Positions 57,501 through 64,000 of a stretch of 64,000 nucleotides of DNA are shown here, in pieces. Origin of the DNA: Gemmataceae bacterium (GTDB taxonomy: Bacteria > Planctomycetota > Planctomycetia > Gemmatales > Gemmataceae); the NCBI GenBank assembly GCA_043744695.1, contig JAYTUG010000292.1:785-64784 (forward strand), in the 5' to 3' direction. Positions within the stretch are counted from its first letter, which is position 1. Each line of letters begins with the position of its first letter. The notes beneath the pieces are model-generated. The model was given only the letters and a program-made list of their open reading frames with translations, made no database searches and was not told the origin of the DNA. A program made the position numbers and the translations under genes.

Positions 57501-57561
57501 ATAGCGCAATCAGGCAGACACCGAGCGTGGGAAGCACGGAACCGGGACGGGAATGGCGCAT
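54544..57561 (-). CDS. TadG-like (Tad/Flp pilus-associated N-terminal domain) protein with a vWA domain
   Basis: 1005 aa. The N-terminal TM plus LAVDLGMLAVSRTQCQNAADVAALVGAR is the TadE/G-like signature. A vWA MIDAS-like motif follows (RDIAFVLDFTGSMGFGS). Confidence 0.8.
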   Translation of the reverse strand: MRHSRPGSVLPTLGVCLIALFGFVALAVDLGMLAVSRTQCQNAADVAALVGARNLNNQENTTDTNRTAAIDAARSAAKANPHLSRYVIDGEIASVTPGQFKYDSSTQRFKVSYPGSVTAGDSWSAVRVELAAQQPTYFMRVMGVTSMPTGAVATAVHRPRDIAFVLDFTGSMGFGSTLKWPNSSVIASEGLMNPDPAYPKFGHYARYAYYQNTVTDSSASGAASSTVSARPNPLQMKGNYSDASGVYSPANHTMATGGGPPVIEDFLTAPGDPSAVGQSTPVKNAFKMWDPTSGAYNASTAACPAPDNFDVQSDSSIPYVGDKWPRTDGSRGGQASAWSTLGGNTFADQGAYTLKQFLGSTLAARDLTLYTLPSGSKANTLLANGNTKDGGDSDANLYDAIWEKYGYDLDVSFLRAQTSFTNKTVKVNAGTFQGSSMGPGYWGKTFFIWPPDPRFDMAANVASPNPANPAFDVAGKPMCDWRRRFFLKGNGAAFNPQTDDINAILFRTSNGHTLNSVVTAVTSGFSENNCPGYYRLNYPAIIAWLKSGPQTLPSNLRSGRILYYSSIPSDLTTGGSGDANDRTFWREYVHFILGVESFDATNAPLCTWGNPANTGYPAAAMMAGVESRNPFGTLAIAPTASFDPDGSGPMPPNPKPYMNSADNANRPRMNFWFGPQSMLYFLKLSSEDRPWWSGTTHESQCWQLKAAVNSVLDDIRKNHPNDYCGIAGFATRGNFSSPLAPMGQDWYSLKNVLFFRKDAVADMKSKITSGSKTASTIEHRPYTAVFGDDIDAIPNSKGGTDANSGLALGFNMLSNSSTLLSSGNYGSGGRRGASKIVIFETDGKPNAKGKWAVSGTGSDTRYATSQTVESWTLDPNLVRGGAQGFNGQYAVKVVERIVAPVSSTNTSGFSLPNAPARVYAIAFGDVFSGYDTGAISQEGQDALRFLLRVQQVGNTSAGTVGTADPPSASIPTEQIITGAYDVRISKMKSALERIAQSGVQVTLIE

Positions 57562-57576
57562 GACGAACTCCCCCAG

Positions 57577-57640
57577 TTTTGCCGCTAGCGGCTTCCCGAT
57601 TGCGAATGAGGTCGCGATGGCGAAGCTGCAAGCGGCAAAA
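57577..57640. repeat. REP-like inverted pair (variant units) in the leader of the TadG-like gene
   Basis: TTTTGCCGCTAGCGGCTTC (57577-95) against GAAGCTGCAAGCGGCAAAA (57622-40): 17/19 complementary. The units (57581-600, 57617-636) resemble GCCGCTTGCGGCTTCGCGAT. Confidence 0.65.
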
Positions 57641-57751
57641 CGGCAAGGAAGCCTAGGTCAGGCCGAATGCGATGTTTGAGGCGACGCGGTAAGAAATACC
57701 GGTCGCACGGGAACTGACGGTCGGGTTATTCGGATCGTGCGGCTTGAACCT

Positions 57752-59305
57752 TCACATGCCTTTGGTCGCGTCGCGGACCTCGCCCTTCGGCAGGTTCGGC
57801 TGGCCCTTCAAAATCTTCGTCATGTTCTGCTTGTACGCCTCGACGCCCGGTTGGCCGTACGGGTTCGTCCCCATGAGTCGGCCTTCCACCACCGTCGCCA
57901 GCATGAGCATCTGCAGGAGTTGGCCGATGGCGTGCTCGTTGAGCGAGGGCAGCACGATGTCCGCCGTCGGGCGAGCCGCGTTCTCGTATGCCTCGTTCGT
58001 GCCCTTCAAGGCTGCATCCGCGAGGTCCGGGTAGCCGCGACGGCTGAACTGGTTCAAGTCGTCCTCGTTGCGGTCCGACATTCCGACCATCACCGGCGGG
58101 TGCTTCACCTGCTTCACGATCAGGTTGTTGATCATCTTGTCGCGCGTGCCGTCTTGGTGCTGCTGCCCGCGGCTGTGCAGGTCGCGACTCTGCACCACGG
58201 TGAGCGGCGTTGCACCGCGGTTGTTCTTGCCCAGCGATTCGGACAGCAACTGGTCGTACCACCAGCCGATCGCCTCGAGCTTCTTGGTCCAGACTGCCAT
58301 CACGCGAGTGGTCTTCTTCTGTTCCTCGCTCATGAGGTAATTCACGGCGGCGAACTGGAGTACGGGATTGCGATCGAACGGCTCCTCGATGAAGCGCTTG
58401 GTCATGGCTGCGGCCCCGAGCAACAACGCGCGAACATCCAGCCCCATAACGGCCGCAGGAAGCAAGCCGACCGGCGTGAAGACGCTGAACCGACCGCCGA
58501 CATCGTCCGGGATCGTGAGCATGTCTTCGTCGGCGAAGCCATCGGCGCGGCAAAGGTCGCGAAGCTTTCCCTTCGGCCCGGTGATCGGCACGATCGACTG
58601 GCGGAACATCTCGGACTTGGGGCCGTAATAGCGAGCGGCCTCGGCCCGGACGGCGCGGTAAGCTGCTGCCGTCTCGATGGTGTTGCCCGATTTACTGGTG
58701 ACGACCACGCCCCAACGCTCTTCGAAGAGTTCGGGTTCGACGCAAGTGTTGTCGAGCAGTTCGAAGAATTCCTGGAGCGAATCGTTGTCCAGCGAGTTGC
58801 CTTCGAAGTAGATTCGCGGCTTGCCCATCCGCATCTTGGCGGGCATTTCGTTGTGGAAGCTATGGCAGAGCGAATCGAAGAGGGCTCGGGCACCCAGGTA
58901 GCTGCCGCCGATGCCGAGGACGACCACGCGGTCGAAGTTTTCTTTCAGGCGGTTCGCGGTGCGGATCACGCGGCCGAGTTCGGAGGCGTCCTGCTTGCGC
59001 CGGAAGCCGTCGAGCAACTTCTGCGGTAAGTCGATGAACCCCGGCTGGATCGGCTGATCCTTCGCGGGGAGCGTCTGAAACTCGCGCTCGGCCGCCACGC
59101 GGCCGCGCACGGCCATCGCCACCGGCTTGATCGCCTCGAGCTTTTCCGGTGTCAGGAAATGCAGCGACTGGAGCTCCGCCAGGGGCGTCCACGACTCCGA
59201 ACTCCGAGTCAGGAGCCGCGAAAACTGGTAATCCACGTTCTCATCGGGCAACTGCATCGGGTGTTCCCGGCTCTTCGGTACCTGTTCCAATGTCATCAGT
59301 CCCAT
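57752..59305 (-). CDS. pgi: glucose-6-phosphate isomerase
   Basis: Start taken at MGLMTLEQ (GAGG upstream). Motifs: VVLGIGGSYLGARAL, VVTSKSGNTIET, DVGGRFSVFTPVGLLPA, QQHQDG, and the C-terminal NPYGQPGVEAYK. Confidence 0.9.
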   Translation of the reverse strand: MGLMTLEQVPKSREHPMQLPDENVDYQFSRLLTRSSESWTPLAELQSLHFLTPEKLEAIKPVAMAVRGRVAAEREFQTLPAKDQPIQPGFIDLPQKLLDGFRRKQDASELGRVIRTANRLKENFDRVVVLGIGGSYLGARALFDSLCHSFHNEMPAKMRMGKPRIYFEGNSLDNDSLQEFFELLDNTCVEPELFEERWGVVVTSKSGNTIETAAAYRAVRAEAARYYGPKSEMFRQSIVPITGPKGKLRDLCRADGFADEDMLTIPDDVGGRFSVFTPVGLLPAAVMGLDVRALLLGAAAMTKRFIEEPFDRNPVLQFAAVNYLMSEEQKKTTRVMAVWTKKLEAIGWWYDQLLSESLGKNNRGATPLTVVQSRDLHSRGQQHQDGTRDKMINNLIVKQVKHPPVMVGMSDRNEDDLNQFSRRGYPDLADAALKGTNEAYENAARPTADIVLPSLNEHAIGQLLQMLMLATVVEGRLMGTNPYGQPGVEAYKQNMTKILKGQPNLPKGEVRDATKGM

Positions 59306-59559
59306 TGCCTCGACTCCCGGAGTTGGGCGGCTTCTTGGAGAATCCGGACGGGGGTATATAGAACACGGACGGCGAAGTGCGCGTCGCAATTTCGCAACTC
59401 TACGTCACGACTGGCGATCGGTGAAATGAAACCGCGAAAAAGGTGGGCACCGAGTTGAGCCAGCGTCCGAAAAGGACACCTTTTCACGATTTGCAGAAGT
59501 TTCGAAGTGTGGCCTGGAGTAAAGTGAAATCGGGCCGACACCACGAACAGGGTTACTCC

Positions 59560-60798
59560 ATGCTCCGCTTGCTCTTCGCCTCCGCCGCGATGCTGCTTCC
59601 CACGGTCGCGGCACGGGCCGACGATCCCGCGAAGGTCTTCGAAGAGCGGATCGTGCCGATCTTCAAGTCCCCGAATCCGTCGAGTTGCGCCCAGTGCCAC
59701 CTCGCGGCCGTAGACCTCAAGGACTACATCCTGCCCTCCGCGAAAGACACCTTCCTCGCGCTTCGCGACCAAGGGCTGATCGACCTCGAGAAGCCCGACA
59801 ATTCGAAGATCTTGAAGCTGATCAATCGCGGGGCCAACGACAAAAGCGCGAACTTGATTCCCGCGAAACAACGCCAAGCGGAGTACGAGGCGTTCGCGTC
59901 GTGGATCAAGGCCTGTGCCGCGGACCCCGCGTTGAAGGCGGCCCCGAAGCCGGACAAGCCGCCGGCGCTGAGCGCGAAGCCCGTGGAAGTCGTTCGTCAC
60001 GCTCGCAAGGATCAGATGCTCGAGTCGTTCGAAGCGAATGTCTGGGCACTCCGCTTCCGTTGCATGAACTGCCACACCGAAGGGACGCCTCAGAACGATA
60101 AGCTCCGCAAGGAGAACGGCGACCAGGTGGCGTGGTTCAAGAAAGCCGGTGCCGCCGCGACCATGGAGTACCTGCTCGGCAGCAAGCTCATCAACTTCGA
60201 CGAGCCCGAAAGGAGCCTACTTCTCACCAAACCGCTCGGCACGGTGAAGCACGGTGGCGGCATCAAGTTCGCCCCCGGCGACCAAGGCTACAAAACCATG
60301 CGGGCCTGGATCGACGACGCGATCGCCATCAAGAAAGGCACTTACACCAAGGTCGAGGACCTGCCGGCCAAGGAAAAATTCAAACAGTTCGGCTCCGACA
60401 GTTGGCTCAAGATCGAGAAGACTCCCGATGCCTGGGGCGACAAGTTGCTCCAAGCGGATGTGCATGCCTGGGATGCGAAGGCAAACGCCTTCGAGAAGGA
60501 ACCCATCGCCACCTCGGACCGCATGGTCTTCGGCAAAGGCAAACTCTGGCAGCACTCGTTGACGCTGCTGGCGGCACCCGGCTCCGATCGCGCCAAGGCA
60601 TGGGAGAAGGGCAAGCCAGCACTCCCTTCCGGCAAGTACCTCGTGAAGGTCTACCTGGACGGCTCCGGTAAGGTGAAGGACAACTGGAAGGCGAAACTCG
60701 GTGCCGACGAGTTCGTGGGACAGGTGGAAGTGCAAAGCCGCTGGCCCGAGGGTTACGGCGCGATGACCGCCGTCGACGGCACGCGGTTCAAGAAGTAG
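59560..60798 (+). CDS. PSCyt-like (planctomycete cytochrome c domain) secreted protein
   Basis: 412 aa from MLRLLFASAAMLLPTVAARA. Has two CxxCH motifs (CAQCH, CMNCH) in the context F.ERI.PIF...C..CH typical of PSCyt domains. Confidence 0.7.
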   Translation: MLRLLFASAAMLLPTVAARADDPAKVFEERIVPIFKSPNPSSCAQCHLAAVDLKDYILPSAKDTFLALRDQGLIDLEKPDNSKILKLINRGANDKSANLIPAKQRQAEYEAFASWIKACAADPALKAAPKPDKPPALSAKPVEVVRHARKDQMLESFEANVWALRFRCMNCHTEGTPQNDKLRKENGDQVAWFKKAGAAATMEYLLGSKLINFDEPERSLLLTKPLGTVKHGGGIKFAPGDQGYKTMRAWIDDAIAIKKGTYTKVEDLPAKEKFKQFGSDSWLKIEKTPDAWGDKLLQADVHAWDAKANAFEKEPIATSDRMVFGKGKLWQHSLTLLAAPGSDRAKAWEKGKPALPSGKYLVKVYLDGSGKVKDNWKAKLGADEFVGQVEVQSRWPEGYGAMTAVDGTRFKK

Positions 60799-62094
60799 TT
60801 ACTCCCGCCAGTAAGCCGGCAGGCTCGGCTTCGTGTCGCGCAGGATCTCCAGTATCGCTTTGCGATCGGACGCGGTCAGGTGCGAGAACGCCTTGTCGGA
60901 GTTCGTTCCCTTCAAAACGTCATAAAGCCTGCGAAGCACGTAATCACGTGCCTCCGCCGGCATCTTGTCGAACGACTCGGAGTAAATCAGGTAGCTGCAC
61001 GGATATTTAAACAGCCGCGTGGTGAGGTCGAACTGACGGAGCGATCGACCCAATTTGTCGAACGGCCCGCGTGCGGCGAAGTCCTTGGCGAAACTCGTCG
61101 TGCCCTCCACGCGGTCCGTGAGAACGGCTCCTTCGCTCAAGAGCAAGCCTTTGACGAGATCGTCGCCGACCGAGCCGATCCGGCTCTTGACGGAGTCGTA
61201 CTTCGTCGTCCGCGGTTCCTTCAGGGCCTCGTTGAGTTCTTCCTGATAGTAAATCGCGGAACGGGTCTCGAGCGCGGCGCGGGCGATGCGATTGTGTACC
61301 GTCACCTGATGCCCGAGCACCAAGAGGGCCACGACGTCGCTGTGCGGGGAAAGGTAGGCACCGGTCGTGAAGAACGGCTTCAAGTCCGGAATGTTTTGCG
61401 TTTGGGCGGGGTTCTCCGGATCGTCGTAATCCCGGCGATTGCGGTAAGTCCGGTTCCCCTTGTGCTCCATCTTCCCCATGCGGCCCGTGACGTACCATCC
61501 GCCCCAGCGTTCGTCGAGCGGGCTCGTGTCGTCGGTGCGAGAAGTGCCCGAGCCGAGGATCGGTTCCCCGGTGCGATCGGGGTATACCGAGCGCATCAGG
61601 TGCCCCGGCATGCCGCGCGTGCTCGACGATCCGTGGCAGATGAGGCAGCTTTCGGTTTGCCGCGCGAAGCGCGGCCGTTCGATCGGCTCTTGATCGAGCG
61701 TGTAGAACACCGTGCCCAGTGCGGGATCGGCCACGGAGACTTCCACAACGTCGCCGCGAAGGCAGAAGCCGACGTAGACATCGTCGTTGAAGTAAATCGC
61801 CCGCGGCGTTTTGGGAGCGATCCGCCCGCGTTGCAGGCTCGTCTTCGAGAATACGAACACCTGCGAAGAGATGGGCACCCGAAGGGCTGCGAGCGCGGAC
61901 TTCAAATAGCCGCCCTCCTCCTGGTGAGTCAGCTTCAATTTTTGGGTCGCGAGGTCGTGCTGCAGCCGCGATATTGGGTTCTCGGGCGTCGCTTTTTCGT
62001 ACTGAATCGGGGGCTGATTCAGATCGTCGGCCCGCGCGGGAAGTGCCGGCACCGTGGCGAAGATCGCCAGCACGAATCGCATCATCGGAACCAT
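60799..62094 (-). CDS. secreted hypothetical protein with a single CxxCH heme-binding motif
   Basis: 431 aa from MVPMMRFVLAIFATVPALPARA, with ESCLICHGSSSTRG. Its stop codon directly abuts the stop of the convergent gene. Confidence 0.65.
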   Translation of the reverse strand: MVPMMRFVLAIFATVPALPARADDLNQPPIQYEKATPENPISRLQHDLATQKLKLTHQEEGGYLKSALAALRVPISSQVFVFSKTSLQRGRIAPKTPRAIYFNDDVYVGFCLRGDVVEVSVADPALGTVFYTLDQEPIERPRFARQTESCLICHGSSSTRGMPGHLMRSVYPDRTGEPILGSGTSRTDDTSPLDERWGGWYVTGRMGKMEHKGNRTYRNRRDYDDPENPAQTQNIPDLKPFFTTGAYLSPHSDVVALLVLGHQVTVHNRIARAALETRSAIYYQEELNEALKEPRTTKYDSVKSRIGSVGDDLVKGLLLSEGAVLTDRVEGTTSFAKDFAARGPFDKLGRSLRQFDLTTRLFKYPCSYLIYSESFDKMPAEARDYVLRRLYDVLKGTNSDKAFSHLTASDRKAILEILRDTKPSLPAYWRE

Positions 62095-62178
62095 GTTCCA
62101 CCTCCGTCCCAAGTCAAAGCGGACCTCGATGTCCATTATTAGAATACACCACGGAGCGTACGAAGCAAGTGGAGAGCG

Positions 62179-63987
62179 TTAGACGAGCCGCCCCACTTTC
62201 CCCAAGGCGATAGCCGAGCGAGTGCCGCATCTCGAGCAGCGGCCGACGAATGGCCTCACCATCCGTTCGGCAACTTGAAGCGCACTCGGGGCGAGGTAAT
62301 TGTCTAAGAGCGGCAATAAGGCCCAGGCTCGGAACCGCAGCCATTCCTTGATGACTTCCGCGAAGTTGCCCACGGGTTGCCGTTCGAGCGGCAATCGGTG
62401 CGGGCCGAAGATCAACTCGTAGCCCCCGCCGAAGCGGCCCGTTTTCTCGATGCGCACATCCGCGTCGGGGTCTGCGATCGAGTGACCGCCGATGGCGATC
62501 CCGCGCGCGCAAATCAGGACCGGACCAAGTTGCGATTCGGTGTCCGGATCGGGGCGGTGGACGAGGAGCAAGTCCGGAAATTCGCCGAGGATTCGGCCAC
62601 TGGCGTGCGGCGCGATGCGGCACAAATCGAAGGCGGAATCGGCGGGCGCGATGCGTTCCCAACGTCGGGCCGACCGCATGGCCCAGACGCCTTGCAAGAG
62701 TGCGAGGCGGTGGAGCGGTTCCACGATCGTTGCTTGTCTGAGGTTCGGCGCGACGGTCCAGAGATCGATGAGATCGCGCGGTTTGAGACCCGCATCGAAC
62801 GCCGCGCCGAGCAGCAAGATGCGAAAGCGTGCCCGCTCGCCCGCGCTCGGTTCCGGGGTTCGGTTCAAAAAGCATTCGGCCACGAACTCGGAATACGCGA
62901 TCGATTCCTCGCCGCGAAAGCCCCGGGCCGCGAGCCCCGCCAACCCGGCCACGCGATCCCGCCCTTGTCGCGAACCGTCCTCCACAAGCAGCACTTCGCC
63001 CGCCGCGAGGAGTTGCAAATCGGCAGTCGAGCGGCCCGCACGGGCTCGTGCGATGAGGTCGGTGAGGATGCCCGTTCGCGCGATCGGGTCGCCGTGCCCG
63101 GCACTCGCCCGACAAAGCCGCGCCAACCACTCCGTCGTATCCGATTCGTGGAGCAGCCTACGCGCGAGGACATTCCACGCGGCATCGACCGCACAATCCG
63201 CCGGGTTCGGAGGCGGCTTCCGCACGAACCACACGAGCCCGTAGCCGAGGGCTGAAGACACCACGAGTCGAAAGATCATGGCGGGGGACGCCCAATCCTT
63301 GGGGCCGAGGACGGCGACGAGAATCGCGAGGACCAGCAGGAGCGAGGCCGTGAGCATGGCGATGCCGCGGGTTCCCAAGGCGCGATGGCCATCGTGTCCC
63401 GATTGCAGAACGCCGCCAGGCGTCGCGATCGTGAGCGTCCGCAACCACTCCGCTCCGCCGATCGCCGCGAAATAGCCGGCACCGGCGACTCGGCCCGCTG
63501 AGAGCGAAAGCGGAGCGGGCATCGGCGGAACCGCGGGCAGTACCTCCGCGAAACACTCCGGACAGAGCCCGGCTCCGTTCAACTCCGCGAGTGCCAGAAG
63601 CGGCGCGACGTCTTCTGGCGTCGGTTCCGAACTCGCTACCCAGGCCCGCAGCGCATCCGTGCCCGCGAGCAACGACGTGCGGTCGAGCACGGTCGTGTCG
63701 TGCGTGGTCGCGTGTTCCGATTTCAATTCTTCGATGGTCCGCCTCGGGCTGCGAACCTTCCCGCGTTCGAGGAACAGTCCGTGTTCGTGCCAGAGGTGGC
63801 GGACCATGGTTTCGCGCGGGAAGCGCTGGCCGCAGCGGGGGCAGTCCATCTTCAATCGCTGCTCGCGGCGTTCGAGAATCGCGTCCAGACTACGGCTCCG
63901 ATCGACTTGATGCTGGAGTTGCCGGAGCCGTTCCAACCGTCGCAAGGGCGAGAGCCCCGCCGTGAGTGGGCGGGCGATCTTCAACAC
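62179..63987 (-). CDS. hypothetical membrane protein with N-terminal C2H2-like zinc finger and further Cys pairs
   Basis: 602-aa ORF. CPRCGQRFPRETMVRHLWHEH, a second CPEC, three to four TM helices mid-protein, and a C-terminal CSRCG. The start at 63987 lies close to the window edge, so the true start could be elsewhere. Confidence 0.6.
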   Translation of the reverse strand: MLKIARPLTAGLSPLRRLERLRQLQHQVDRSRSLDAILERREQRLKMDCPRCGQRFPRETMVRHLWHEHGLFLERGKVRSPRRTIEELKSEHATTHDTTVLDRTSLLAGTDALRAWVASSEPTPEDVAPLLALAELNGAGLCPECFAEVLPAVPPMPAPLSLSAGRVAGAGYFAAIGGAEWLRTLTIATPGGVLQSGHDGHRALGTRGIAMLTASLLLVLAILVAVLGPKDWASPAMIFRLVVSSALGYGLVWFVRKPPPNPADCAVDAAWNVLARRLLHESDTTEWLARLCRASAGHGDPIARTGILTDLIARARAGRSTADLQLLAAGEVLLVEDGSRQGRDRVAGLAGLAARGFRGEESIAYSEFVAECFLNRTPEPSAGERARFRILLLGAAFDAGLKPRDLIDLWTVAPNLRQATIVEPLHRLALLQGVWAMRSARRWERIAPADSAFDLCRIAPHASGRILGEFPDLLLVHRPDPDTESQLGPVLICARGIAIGGHSIADPDADVRIEKTGRFGGGYELIFGPHRLPLERQPVGNFAEVIKEWLRFRAWALLPLLDNYLAPSALQVAERMVRPFVGRCSRCGTRSAIALGKVGRLV

Positions 63988-64000
63988 CGCTCCGGTCTTG

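Overview
High-G+C (by eye, not computed) bacterial chromosomal segment. I could run no searches, so every family call comes from motif recall. The gene content points to Planctomycetota, probably a Gemmataceae-like genome (inference): a DUF1501 sulfatase-like protein, a DUF1552 plus DUF1592/1588-type pair, a DUF1559 H-X9-DG protein, PSCyt-like CxxCH proteins, a PATR protein with an LEDRATPA leader, and a futalosine-pathway radical-SAM enzyme. I support about 50 protein genes: mostly housekeeping (glcD/glcE, xylA, pgi, panB, msrA, fliA, pxpB, mqnE-like), many secreted or membrane planctomycete-type proteins, and 2 tRNAs (Pro-GGG, Leu-CAG). I saw no rRNA, CRISPR array, transposase or integrase. 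Accessory content comes in small, visibly lower-G+C islets: (1) a ParE-like toxin-antitoxin pair translationally coupled between glcD and glcE; (2) a tRNA-Leu whose 3' half and terminator are duplicated about 0.7 kb downstream, bracketing an Arc-like repressor gene with a perfect 18-bp operator, followed by an orphan 248-aa gene and a short PATR gene; (3) a VapBC pair next to a Pol-beta NTase-HD fusion; (4) an islet with a metzincin-motif gene fragment and an orphan 290-aa gene; (5) a 4-bp-overlapping orphan two-gene cassette. The most unusual signals are non-coding. One is a 169-nt element that folds into a perfect four-way junction with no unpaired junction nucleotides, between glcE and a GH3-family gene. 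Another is a perfect 36-bp inverted repeat built from four GAAAC-N3-GTTTC boxes. There is also a 20-nt REP-like unit family at four intergenic loci, and a 34-nt exact repeat shared by an intercistronic hairpin and the pxpB coding sequence. Most long ORFs antisense to the called genes are high-G+C shadow ORFs and were rejected.
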